Shown: in pieces, positions 14,153 through 22,774 of the stretch
How positions within the stretch are numbered: position 1 is the first letter of the stretch
Layout of the letters: each line of letters begins with the position of its first letter
Virus record (IMG/VR): IMGVR_UViG_3300045988_145460
Source: a virus
Length of the DNA stretch: 33,977 nucleotides
Reading direction: 5' to 3' (one strand)
The notes under the pieces: model-generated
The model's input: only the letters and a program-made list of their open reading frames with translations
Database searches by the model: none
Told to the model about the DNA's origin: nothing
Program-made: the position numbers and the translations under genes

Positions 14153-15421
14153 TTGGAACTAAGAGGAATTGAATATCTCAGAAGAAAATTAGACTCTTGC
14201 AGGCCTAGGGTTAATTTGCGGTACAAGCACTATGCTATGCAAAATAATGACACTCCTATAGGAATCACTATCCCTCCAAACGTCCGTGCTCAATACAAAT
14301 CAACGTTGGGGTGGACTGCTAAGGGGGTTGATAGCCTTGCAGATCGTCTAGTATTTAGGAAGTTCGAAAATGATGATTTTGAAGTTACTGAGATTTTTGA
14401 ACAAAATAACCCGGATATCTTTTTTGATAGTGCAATCTTATCCGCTTTGATTGGATCGTGTAGTTTTATCTACCTTTCGAAAGGGGATAATGAAGAAGTG
14501 CGATTGCAGGTGATTGAATCAAGCAATGCAACAGGAGTTATTGATCCGATCACTGGACTGTTAAATGAAGGGTATGCAGTATTAGCTCGTGATGATTACG
14601 GTCGACCAACTTTGGAAGCATATTTTGAGTCGAATGCCACTCACTTCATTCCAAAAGGTGAAGAGCCTTATTCAGTCAAGAATCCTGCTAATATTCCTTT
14701 ATTGGTCCCTGTTATTCACAGACCAGATGCGGTTCGTCCTTTTGGTCGTTCACGGATTACTAGGGCAGGGATGTATTATCAAAAATACGCTAAACGGACT
14801 CTAGAACGTGCTGATATTACTGCTGAATTTTACTCATGGCCACAAAAATATATCATTGGTTTAGATCCCGATGCAGAACCTTTGGAAAAATGGAAAGCAA
14901 CAGTTTCTAGTCTACTAACTATTTCAGCAAGTGATACTGGAGAAAAGCCTAGCATCGGACAGTTTACAACTGCCAGTATGGCACCATTTACTGAGCAATT
15001 GAGGACAGCAGCAGCTGGATTTGCTGGAGAAATGGGCTTGACCTTGGATGATTTGGGATTCGTTTCAGATAACCCATCATCTGTAGAAGCGATTAAAGCT
15101 AGTCACGAGAACTTGCGCTTAGCAGGGCGAAAGGCCCAAAGGTCATTAGGTGCTGGTTTCCTAAATGTGGCTTATGTAGCTGCTTGTTTGCGTGATGAAT
15201 TTCATTACGCAAGAAGCCAATTCGTGAAAACAACTGTGAAATGGGAACCGTTATTTGAAGCAGATGCTAATATGATGACTATGATCGGTGATGGCGCTCT
15301 TAAATTGAATCAGGCCTTGCCTGGCTATATCAATGCTGAAACAGTTCGAGATCTTACAGGTATTGCTGGTGATATGTCTGCTGTTCCTGTGACAAATGAA
15401 GGAGAACCAGATGGAACATGA
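14153..15421 (+). CDS. Portal protein (SPP1 Gp6-like)
   Basis: 422 aa. TTG start with AGGA 7 nt upstream. Its size, the immediately following MuF gene, and an acidic C-terminus all fit. Family call is by eye. Confidence 0.7.
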   Translation: MELRGIEYLRRKLDSCRPRVNLRYKHYAMQNNDTPIGITIPPNVRAQYKSTLGWTAKGVDSLADRLVFRKFENDDFEVTEIFEQNNPDIFFDSAILSALIGSCSFIYLSKGDNEEVRLQVIESSNATGVIDPITGLLNEGYAVLARDDYGRPTLEAYFESNATHFIPKGEEPYSVKNPANIPLLVPVIHRPDAVRPFGRSRITRAGMYYQKYAKRTLERADITAEFYSWPQKYIIGLDPDAEPLEKWKATVSSLLTISASDTGEKPSIGQFTTASMAPFTEQLRTAAAGFAGEMGLTLDDLGFVSDNPSSVEAIKASHENLRLAGRKAQRSLGAGFLNVAYVAACLRDEFHYARSQFVKTTVKWEPLFEADANMMTMIGDGALKLNQALPGYINAETVRDLTGIAGDMSAVPVTNEGEPDGT

Positions 15422-16802
15422 TGTATTGCCTGGTCTTCTAAAAGAAGTACAGAGTCGTTTTGAAAGCGAATATGGGAAGAGCGAGGTTGTCAGTCGAGCT
15501 TTTGCAGAACTACAGGCCAAAAAAGCAACTTACAAGACAGCAAATGAGTTTGCTATCGAAGTTGGAGAAATTCTCTCTAAGGCTCTGGAAGCTTCTCTAA
15601 GCGCTGATAAATTACCAGATGGTAAAATGTATTACAATATTGCTCAACGTTTGTTATCGGACGTACTGGGACGTAATTATGAGATAATAAGTGGTTATAC
15701 TAGAGATGTTCAGAAAAAACTAAATGCAGATGCAAAAATCAGTTTGAAAGTACAAGTTCCTGAATTGAATCAGGATAGAGTTGCTGGAATAGTCAATCGA
15801 TTGGCATCTGAGGAAAATTTTGAAGATGTTAGTTGGTTATTTGGTGAGCCAATCGTTAATTTTTCTCAGTCTATCATAGATGATAGTATTCAAAAAAATG
15901 CTGAGTTTCATCATAAATCTGGATTACAACCCGAAATTATTAGAAAATCTTATCTCCATTGCTGTGATTGGTGTCAAGAGGTTCAAGGTAGCTATAAATA
16001 TCCAAAAGTTCCAAAGAATGTTTATAGAAGACATCAACATTGTCGTTGTACTGTTGACTATGATCCAAAAAGCGGGAAAGTTAAAGACATTTGGAGTAAA
16101 ATTTGGAGAAAAACAGATGAAAGTGATAAGATAGAAGCAAGGAAAGATATCAATGGGAAATCTCAAATGAGCGAAGTGAGAAAACTTGCGCTTCAAGAAG
16201 GAATTACCTCGAATCCTATCAAAAAAAGTCCTAAAAAACTAACTGAGAAGCAAATCATTGATGCCGTTGGCGGTGGAGATAAAACAAAAGGATCATGTTC
16301 ATCCGCAGCTTTTGCTTACATAGGTAATAAAGGTGGTTATACCGTTTTAGATTTTCGAGGAGGGGAAAGCTGTGACTTTTTTGCTAGAAACAGTAGAATC
16401 CAAATGATAGGAAATCTTCCTGGTGTTAAAATGCATGTTGTTAAACATACAAATGACTTTACTGCTGTCAGAGAATTGTTGGAAAAGGTAGAATCTGGGA
16501 ATGAATATTATTTAGCGGCAGGTAGACATGCGGCTATCATAAGAAAAAATGAAGGCCGTTTCGAATATTTGGAATTACAATCCAGAATATCAAACGGGTT
16601 TAAACCATTAGATAACATTGTTTTGAAAGAAAGATTCAAGTGTAAAAAAACGCATAGTACCAGACACGGCAAATATGAGGTGGAAAGTTGTATTATTGAT
16701 TCGGATTCATTGAAAGATAATCCTGAGTTCCATAATATATTGAGTTTCATTAACACAGCAGGTTCTAAACAAATGAAAGGAATTGAAGGCCATGAAAGAT
16801 GA
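15411..16802 (+). CDS. MuF / SPP1 gp7-family minor head protein with a roughly 220-aa C-terminal extension
   Basis: MuF hallmark CCDWCQEVQG...RRHQHCRCTV at ORF-track residues 189-220. Extra domain at residues 250-468, containing GSCSSAAFAYIG and AAGRHAAII. The start is set at ATG 15411, with GAAGGAG 6 nt upstream. Confidence 0.8.
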   Translation: MEHDVLPGLLKEVQSRFESEYGKSEVVSRAFAELQAKKATYKTANEFAIEVGEILSKALEASLSADKLPDGKMYYNIAQRLLSDVLGRNYEIISGYTRDVQKKLNADAKISLKVQVPELNQDRVAGIVNRLASEENFEDVSWLFGEPIVNFSQSIIDDSIQKNAEFHHKSGLQPEIIRKSYLHCCDWCQEVQGSYKYPKVPKNVYRRHQHCRCTVDYDPKSGKVKDIWSKIWRKTDESDKIEARKDINGKSQMSEVRKLALQEGITSNPIKKSPKKLTEKQIIDAVGGGDKTKGSCSSAAFAYIGNKGGYTVLDFRGGESCDFFARNSRIQMIGNLPGVKMHVVKHTNDFTAVRELLEKVESGNEYYLAAGRHAAIIRKNEGRFEYLELQSRISNGFKPLDNIVLKERFKCKKTHSTRHGKYEVESCIIDSDSLKDNPEFHNILSFINTAGSKQMKGIEGHER

Positions 16803-17019
16803 TCATGAAGAAATAAACTGGTCTGAATATTGCTATAAAGAAAATCATGATGACAAAATTTGGTGGGTTGATACGTCATTGTTTGCTAGAGGGTTGATGT
16901 TATTTACGTTTGATAAGGAAAAGTTCTATAACCTTTTTGAAGATTACCCTCAAAACATGACTTCAGAAGAGGTTGAAATCTTTGATAAAGAAAATCCATA
17001 TTGGGCTGAATTTTTTTAG
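16792..17019 (+). CDS. Small acidic protein (75 aa), candidate immunity/partner of the MuF extension
   Basis: Overlaps the MuF stop by 11 nt. Rich in D/E and W/F/Y. A terminator follows directly. Confidence 0.55.
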   Translation: MKDDHEEINWSEYCYKENHDDKIWWVDTSLFARGLMLFTFDKEKFYNLFEDYPQNMTSEEVEIFDKENPYWAEFF

Positions 17020-17039
17020 ACCGAAAATAAGAATACTGA

Positions 17040-17060
17040 AGCACTCGAAAGGGTGCTTTT
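17040..17060 (+). terminator. Intrinsic terminator inside the morphogenesis gene block
   Basis: Stem AGCACTC / GGGTGCT with a GAAA tetraloop, followed by TTTTATT. Confidence 0.7.
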
Positions 17061-17075
17061 ATTGTGGTTTTAATT

Positions 17076-17087
17076 AGGAGGTGATCC
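17076..17087 (+). promoter_or_regulatory. Orphan 12-nt Shine-Dalgarno-like element AGGAGGTGATCC
   Basis: Perfect complement to the conserved 16S rRNA 3' end. No canonical start codon lies at SD spacing, and the nearest in-frame ATG (17113) is 25 nt away. Confidence 0.45.
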
Positions 17088-17139
17088 GATATCTCCCAGC
17101 GATAGGGTTATCATGCGATTACGATTGAAAGGTTATAGT

Positions 17140-18552
17140 ATGGCTAGGAAGAAACTTGGCAATCAGAATCCTACTCAATCGGTGATTTTAAAATACGTCA
17201 AGAAAAATTCATTAGCAAATGAAGCGATTGATCTTTACGAAAAAACTGGTCTTTCTTGCTATTCTTGGCAAAAAAACCTTCTACTACCTATGATGGCTGT
17301 TGATAAAAATGGCTTATGGGTGCATCAGAAATTTGGATACTCTATTCCTCGACGAAACGGGAAGTCAGAGCTTCTTTACATTTTGGAGATTTGGGGGCTG
17401 CATAAAGGACTAAACATCCTTCACACAGCTCATCGTATTTCCACTTCCCATGCCTCATTTGAAAAGGTTAAACGTTACCTGGAGAAAATGGGATATGTGG
17501 ATGGTGAAGATTTCAACTCTATCCGTGCCAAAGGACAGGAACGGATAGAATTGTATAAAACTGGTGGTGTGGTCCAATTCCGTACCAGGACATCAAATGG
17601 GGGTCTTGGTGAAGGATTCGATATGCTTATCATTGATGAGGCACAGGAATACACAACAGAGCAGGAATCTGCTTTGAAATACACTGTAACCGATAGTGCT
17701 AATCCAATGACTGTCATGTGTGGGACTCCTCCTACTCCAGTTTCCAGTGGTACAGTCTTTACTAAGTATCGAGAAACGTGCTTATTCGGTAAAGGGAAAT
17801 ACTCTGGTTGGGCTGAATGGTCTGTGTCTGAAGAAAAAGAGATTGACGATGTGGATGCCTGGTATCATTCAAATCCTTCAATGGGTTATCACTTGAATGA
17901 ACGAAAAGTAGAAGCTGAGCTAGGTGAAGATAAACTAGATCATAATGTTCAACGTCTAGGTTTCTGGCCTACTTACAATCAGAAGTCTGCTATATCTGAA
18001 ACAGAATGGAACGAATTAAAAGTATCTGATATTCCTGAGCTTGTCGGACAATTATTTGTTGGGATTAAGTATGGACAAGATGGTACAAACGTTGCCATGA
18101 GCGTAGCAGTGCGGACGAAAGATGGACGTTTTTTTGTCGAAGTTATAGATTGTCAATCAGTGCGCAATGGGAATGACTGGCTAGTGGCTTTTCTGCGTAG
18201 TGCAGATGTGGCGCAAATCGTTATTGACGGTGCAAGTGGTCAAAAGATTCTAGATGAAGAATTGAAGGACTACAAAATTAAGAATGTCATCTTACCAACC
18301 GTTAAAGAGATCATAGTGGCAAATGCTCTTTGGGAGCAAGGTATTTATCAAAAAAATATCTGCCATGCTGGACAACCATCTCTATCAAAAGTGGCTACTA
18401 ACTGCGATAAGCGCAATATTGGTTCAAATGGTGGTTTTGGTTATCGCTCTCATTTTGACGATATGGATATTTCTTTGATGGACAGCGCTTTGCTTGCGCA
18501 TTGGGCTTGTGTAACCACTAAGCCTAAGAAAAAGCAAAAAATCAGTTATTAA
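17140..18552 (+). CDS. terL: Terminase large subunit
   Basis: Walker A PRRNGKSE and Walker B MLIIDEAQE, with a C-terminal nuclease-type region. Start at ATG 17140 (GAAAGG RBS), with ATG 17113 as an alternative. Confidence 0.85.
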   Translation: MARKKLGNQNPTQSVILKYVKKNSLANEAIDLYEKTGLSCYSWQKNLLLPMMAVDKNGLWVHQKFGYSIPRRNGKSELLYILEIWGLHKGLNILHTAHRISTSHASFEKVKRYLEKMGYVDGEDFNSIRAKGQERIELYKTGGVVQFRTRTSNGGLGEGFDMLIIDEAQEYTTEQESALKYTVTDSANPMTVMCGTPPTPVSSGTVFTKYRETCLFGKGKYSGWAEWSVSEEKEIDDVDAWYHSNPSMGYHLNERKVEAELGEDKLDHNVQRLGFWPTYNQKSAISETEWNELKVSDIPELVGQLFVGIKYGQDGTNVAMSVAVRTKDGRFFVEVIDCQSVRNGNDWLVAFLRSADVAQIVIDGASGQKILDEELKDYKIKNVILPTVKEIIVANALWEQGIYQKNICHAGQPSLSKVATNCDKRNIGSNGGFGYRSHFDDMDISLMDSALLAHWACVTTKPKKKQKISY

Positions 18553-18558
18553 AAAGTT

Positions 18559-18581
18559 GCAGTCTAAGAACTGCTTTTTTT
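18559..18581 (+). terminator. Weak terminator-like hairpin after terL
   Basis: 5-bp stem GCAGT / ACTGC with a 6-nt loop, followed by T7. Confidence 0.4.
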
Positions 18582-18626
18582 GATGATAAAATTACCGAAC
18601 TGCCGGGAAAGCAGGAGAAAGGAGAC

Positions 18627-19097
18627 ATGAGAATGTCAGAATTTAAGGTTATTGAAACGCAAGAGGAACTTGATGCAATCATCAAGAATCGTTTAGAACG
18701 AGTTAAAGAAAAATACTCGGATTACGATGATATAAAAGCTCTTGTTGCTCAAGTACAGGATGAAAATAGCAGTCTAAAATCTGCATTAGAAGCTTCTAAG
18801 CAAGAGACAGAAAGTTCTAACAAGCAAATTGCTGATCTTGAGGCTAAAATTTCCGGTTATGAAACGGAAAACTTACGGACTCGAATTGCATTACAGAATG
18901 GTTTGCCATTCGACTTAGCTGATCGCTTGCAAGGTACCGATGAAGAAAGTCTAAAAGCAGATGCAGAACGCTTAGCATCTTTTATCAAACCTGTCGAACC
19001 TGTTGCACCAATGCGTGTTGTAGAACCACAAATTGGAGACAATAAAACATCGCAAATGAAGTCAATGCTTCGAGAATTAAATAACACAGGAGAATAA
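18627..19097 (+). CDS. Capsid scaffolding protein (DUF4355-like)
   Basis: Acidic coiled-coil protein beginning EFKVIETQEELDAIIKNRLERVKEKY, immediately upstream of the major capsid gene. Confidence 0.7.
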   Translation: MRMSEFKVIETQEELDAIIKNRLERVKEKYSDYDDIKALVAQVQDENSSLKSALEASKQETESSNKQIADLEAKISGYETENLRTRIALQNGLPFDLADRLQGTDEESLKADAERLASFIKPVEPVAPMRVVEPQIGDNKTSQMKSMLRELNNTGE

Positions 19098-19103
19098 TGT
19101 AAT

Positions 19104-20000
19104 ATGACAGATAATTCATTAAAACAAGGAACGCTTTTTAAACCAGAATTGGTTAAAGAACTCATTTCAAAAGTACAAGGACGTTCTGTTCTTGCTAAAC
19201 TCTCATCTCAAACACCAATTCCATTTAATGGAGTTGAGCAATTTATCTTTAATCTTGAAGGGAATGCTCAAATTGTTGGTGAAGGACAACAAAAAGGTGC
19301 TGGTAAAGCAATCATTGAACCAAAGGTAATCAAACCGCTTAAATTTGTATACCAAGCACGTATCACAGATGAATTTAAGTATGCTTCTGAAGAAAAACAA
19401 CTTGAATACCTTTCACAATTTGCTGATGGATTCGCTAAGAAAATCGCAGATGCTTTTGATATCGCTGCTATCCACGGTTTAGAGCCAAAAGGGCTTACAG
19501 ATGCAACCTTCCGTGATACTAACTCATTTGATGGTTTGATCACTGGGAATATCGTAACTTATGCAGAAGATAAATTTGACGATAACATTGATGCTGCTGT
19601 CCAACAAATCGTAGCTAAGGGCGGAGAAGTTACTGGTGTGGCTATCTCTCCAGTAGGTGGTCAATCACTTGCTAAGTTGAAAGTAAATGGTGTGGCTCAA
19701 TATCCAGAATTCCGCTTTGGTCAAAATCCTGACTCGTTCTACGGAATGAAATCAGACGTAAACAAAAACTTGACTGTTACAGGTGGAACTGCTCAAACAG
19801 ACCATGCAATCGTTGGTGACTTTGAGAATCGTTTCAAGTGGGGTTATGCTGAAAATATCCCAATGGAAATCATTGAATATGGTGATCCAGATGGAGCTGG
19901 TCGTGATTTGAAAGCCTACAATGAAATCTTGCTGCGTGCTGAAGCGTTTATCGGATGGGGTATTCTTGATGCTGATGCATTTGCTCGTGTTAAAGTGTAA
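19104..20000 (+). CDS. Major capsid protein (HK97-fold type)
   Basis: 298 aa. Position after the scaffold, highly expressed-looking codon usage, and typical N-terminal LFKPELVKELISKVQG. Confidence 0.75.
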   Translation: MTDNSLKQGTLFKPELVKELISKVQGRSVLAKLSSQTPIPFNGVEQFIFNLEGNAQIVGEGQQKGAGKAIIEPKVIKPLKFVYQARITDEFKYASEEKQLEYLSQFADGFAKKIADAFDIAAIHGLEPKGLTDATFRDTNSFDGLITGNIVTYAEDKFDDNIDAAVQQIVAKGGEVTGVAISPVGGQSLAKLKVNGVAQYPEFRFGQNPDSFYGMKSDVNKNLTVTGGTAQTDHAIVGDFENRFKWGYAENIPMEIIEYGDPDGAGRDLKAYNEILLRAEAFIGWGILDADAFARVKV

Positions 20001-20011
20001 GGTGATTTGAA

Positions 20012-20227
20012 ATGATTTACGTTAATAAAGTATCAGGAGAAATAATCACCACTGATTCAGTGCTGGGAGGCGATTGGATCGCTGGTAGTGAATATAAAAA
20101 CGGGACAGAAGTTTCAGAAATGAAAGTGGCAGATATTCGCTCTAAACTAGATAGTTTAGGAATCGAATACGACAAAGGAGCTAAGAAGGCTGACTTGCTT
20201 GCTCTTTTAGAACAGCATGAAGGATAG
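20012..20227 (+). CDS. Small protein with a C-terminal HeH/SAP-like motif
   Basis: KVADIRSKLDSLGIEYDKGAKKADLLALL resembles a HeH/Rho-N helix-extension-helix motif. Confidence 0.5.
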   Translation: MIYVNKVSGEIITTDSVLGGDWIAGSEYKNGTEVSEMKVADIRSKLDSLGIEYDKGAKKADLLALLEQHEG

Positions 20228-20232
20228 TTAAA

Positions 20233-20628
20233 ATGACAACATTTGCAACAGTAGAAGACCTTGAAACTTTGTGGCGTTTTTTAAAATTCGATGAACGGAA
20301 GAGAGCAGAGGCGCTGTTGAAAATAGTGTCAGATTCTCTTCGTGAAGAAGCTAAGAAAGTCAGCAAAGATTTAGATAAGATGGTGCTTGACAGCCCTTCT
20401 TATCAAAGTGTTGTGAAATCTGTTACCGTGGATGTGGTTGCTCGTACATTAATGACATCAACCGATCAGGAGCCAATGACACAAATGGCTGAGTCTGCTA
20501 TGGGATATTCCTTTAGTGGCTCTTATTTGGTTCCTGGTGGTGGCTTGTTTATCAAAGAATCTGAACTGAAAAGGTTAGGCTTCAAAAAGCAAAGATATGG
20601 GGTGATTGATCTTTATGGGACGAATTAA
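20233..20628 (+). CDS. Head-tail connector (Gp15/Gp19/Gp42-like adaptor)
   Basis: N-terminal ATVEDLETLWRFLKFDERKRAEALLKIVSDSL pattern, and its position after the capsid gene. Confidence 0.6.
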   Translation: MTTFATVEDLETLWRFLKFDERKRAEALLKIVSDSLREEAKKVSKDLDKMVLDSPSYQSVVKSVTVDVVARTLMTSTDQEPMTQMAESAMGYSFSGSYLVPGGGLFIKESELKRLGFKKQRYGVIDLYGTN

Positions 20629-20953
20629 AGGTATTACGATCACTCTTATAGAAACCGTTGAGAAAGGAAGGGATGACTTTGGTCATCCCATTTTTGAGGA
20701 AGTTGAAACTTTGGTGGATAATGTCCTTATATCTCCATCTTCAACGGATGATATCACAACCCAGATGAATCTAACTGGACGGAAAGCAGAGTATACTCTA
20801 GCAATACCAAAAGGTGATCTTCATGATTGGAAAGATAAAGAAGTTTTATTTTTCGGTAAGAGATGGAAAACTTTTGGAATTCCTCTTGAAGGTATTGAGG
20901 AGATGCTTCCTTTAGTTTGGAATAAGAAGGTGATGGTAGAATGCTATGAGTGA
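20615..20953 (+). CDS. Head-closure / head-tail joining protein
   Basis: Synteny (second neck gene), overlapping neighbours. Family not recognised with certainty. Confidence 0.5.
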   Translation: MGRIKGITITLIETVEKGRDDFGHPIFEEVETLVDNVLISPSSTDDITTQMNLTGRKAEYTLAIPKGDLHDWKDKEVLFFGKRWKTFGIPLEGIEEMLPLVWNKKVMVECYE

Positions 20954-21182
20954 TATTAAGTTTAAGCTCAATCGTGCAGGAGTGGCTGAATTAATGAAAT
21001 CTGCCCCTATGCAGAGTATCCTTTCTCAATATGCATCTGATATTCAAGCTAGATGCGGTGATGGATATGTAAAAGATATTCATGTAGGTAAAAATCGTGC
21101 TAATGCAATGGTTAGTGCAAAGACCTATAAAGCTAAGAAGGACAATATGAAAAACAATACTCTTTTGAAGGCGGTGAATTAA
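20946..21182 (+). CDS. Neck/tail-completion region small protein
   Basis: Synteny only. 78 aa, with translationally coupled overlaps. Confidence 0.45.
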   Translation: MSDIKFKLNRAGVAELMKSAPMQSILSQYASDIQARCGDGYVKDIHVGKNRANAMVSAKTYKAKKDNMKNNTLLKAVN

Positions 21183-21518
21183 ATGATTGAAATTGTTATC
21201 AAGAAATATCTTGACGGTCATTTATCAGTACCGTCTTTTTTTGAGCATGAAATTAACATGCCAAAAGAGTTTGTAATCCTTGAAAAGACTAGGGGAGCAA
21301 AGAAGAACCACGCTAAGACTGCAACTTTTGCTTTTCAGAGTTATTCAACAAGCATGCAGAAAGCTGCTGAATTGAATGAGAAACTAAAACAAGTTATCGA
21401 AAACATGGTTGAACTGAATGAGATCAGTGGAATCCATCTAAACAGTGATTACAATTTCACAGACACAGAAACTAAAAAATATCGTTATCAAGCGGTATTT
21501 GATATAAATTATTTTTAA
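21183..21518 (+). CDS. Tail terminator / tail completion protein
   Basis: Synteny: the last gene before the major tail protein. ATG overlaps the upstream stop. Confidence 0.5.
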   Translation: MIEIVIKKYLDGHLSVPSFFEHEINMPKEFVILEKTRGAKKNHAKTATFAFQSYSTSMQKAAELNEKLKQVIENMVELNEISGIHLNSDYNFTDTETKKYRYQAVFDINYF

Positions 21519-21521
21519 GAA

Positions 21522-22112
21522 ATGGAGAATGGAATGGGATCAGAAGCTCAAACTACTCAAACAACATCGTCATCATTAGTGACGACAGCAAAACCTAAAA
21601 TTGGGGGTGCAATCTATTCAGCACCTACTGGTACTCCTCTACCAACAGATGCTACAACCGCCTTAAATGCTAAATTTTTATCTCTAGGATATATCTCAGA
21701 GGATGGCTTGGAAAACGAAAATAGCCCTGAATCTGAGAACGTCAAGGCATGGGGTGGTGATATCGTACACTCCTCACAAACAGAAAAACCCGATACATTC
21801 ACTTATACATTAATCGAGGCATTGAACGTCAATGTTCTTAAGGAAGTGTACGGTGCGGATAATGTGACTGGGGATCTTAAAACAGGTATCACTATCAAGG
21901 CTAATTCAAAAGAATTAACTAGCCATTGCGTTGTGGTAGATATGGTATTGAAAGATGGTACTCTGAAACGTATTGTTATTCCTCAAGGGAAAGTAACGGG
22001 TATCGGAACTATCTCTTACAAAGATGCTGAGACAGTCGGATACCAAACAACTCTTACAGCATTTCCAGATGGCGAAAGCAATACTCACTACGAATACATC
22101 AAAGGAGCTTAA
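21522..22112 (+). CDS. Major tail protein (phi13-family-like)
   Basis: [37 protein letters not shown] pattern, and its position upstream of the chaperone pair and the tape measure. Confidence 0.75.
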   Translation: MENGMGSEAQTTQTTSSSLVTTAKPKIGGAIYSAPTGTPLPTDATTALNAKFLSLGYISEDGLENENSPESENVKAWGGDIVHSSQTEKPDTFTYTLIEALNVNVLKEVYGADNVTGDLKTGITIKANSKELTSHCVVVDMVLKDGTLKRIVIPQGKVTGIGTISYKDAETVGYQTTLTAFPDGESNTHYEYIKGA

Positions 22113-22115
22113 TAC

Positions 22116-22385
22116 ATGTCAGAAACTAAATCATTTAAAGGGACTACTAAAACAGGTTTTCCATTCGATATCAGTATGGAACGGATGGAGAACTATGAGG
22201 TAGTAGAAACTATTGCTGAAATCGATGAAAACCCTCTTGTGCTACCTAGGTTGCTTAAATTGTTGCTTGGTGATCAAGTGGCAGCGTTGAAAGATCACGT
22301 CCGTGGTGAAGATGGAATGGTACCCACTCAGAAGTTGATGGATGAAGTACGGGACATCTTCGAGTCACAGAATGTAAAAAAATAG
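22116..22385 (+). CDS. Tail assembly chaperone G
   Basis: 89-aa acidic protein directly upstream of the tape measure. Ends at a slippery A-run. Confidence 0.75.
   Translation: MSETKSFKGTTKTGFPFDISMERMENYEVVETIAEIDENPLVLPRLLKLLLGDQVAALKDHVRGEDGMVPTQKLMDEVRDIFESQNVKK
22376..22382 (+). promoter_or_regulatory. Programmed -1 ribosomal frameshift site A AAA AAA (G/GT)
   Basis: X XXY YYZ heptamer in the G frame, 1 nt before the TAG stop. The -1 frame is open from 22382 into ORF 22400-22774. Confidence 0.7.
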
Positions 22386-22774
22386 TAACCCTTTCCAGAA
22401 TGATCAAAACTGATGAAGATGCTTTGATTTGTGATTTAGCTGAGACGTATCGCATTTATGATTACAGACAGCTACCTGCATATCAGGTAGCTGTTTTTTC
22501 ATTTGGTCTGCGTGATGATTCAAGGATAAAAGTTGCAATGTCAGGGCAGAATGTACCAACTGATCTATTAATCCAGGCAAGTATGTTGGATCGACTATCT
22601 ATGCTTGTATGGATGAAAACAAAAGATGGACAACAGGGTAAAAACCGTCCAGCTTCAATGGTTGATAGTCTTCTCAAGGTTGAGAAAGAAAAGGAACAGA
22701 TGGTATTTACATCTGGAGAGGAATTTGAAGAATACAGAAGTAAATTGTTAGAAAAGATTGGAGGTGGTAATTAA
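22382..22774 (+). CDS. T extension of the tail assembly chaperone (expressed as a G-T fusion)
   Basis: The frame is continuous with the -1 frame of the slippery site. No convincing RBS of its own. Its stop overlaps the TMP start. Confidence 0.65.
   Translation: MVTLSRMIKTDEDALICDLAETYRIYDYRQLPAYQVAVFSFGLRDDSRIKVAMSGQNVPTDLLIQASMLDRLSMLVWMKTKDGQQGKNRPASMVDSLLKVEKEKEQMVFTSGEEFEEYRSKLLEKIGGGN

Noticed and set aside
14589-16196. Alternative-frame and antisense ORFs within the portal and MuF genes (14589-14804, 15251-15520, 15880-16134, 15924-16196); likewise 28959-29234 within Tal and 32653-32910 within the lysin
   Set aside because: They are embedded in CDSs with clear family motifs. They have no RBS and their composition is typical of off-frame translation.
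16783-17019. Small terminase assignment for the small ORF immediately upstream of terL
   Set aside because: It has no HTH or basic DNA-binding N-terminus and is strongly acidic. It overlaps the MuF gene and is separated from terL by a terminator. A partner or immunity role for the MuF extension fits better.
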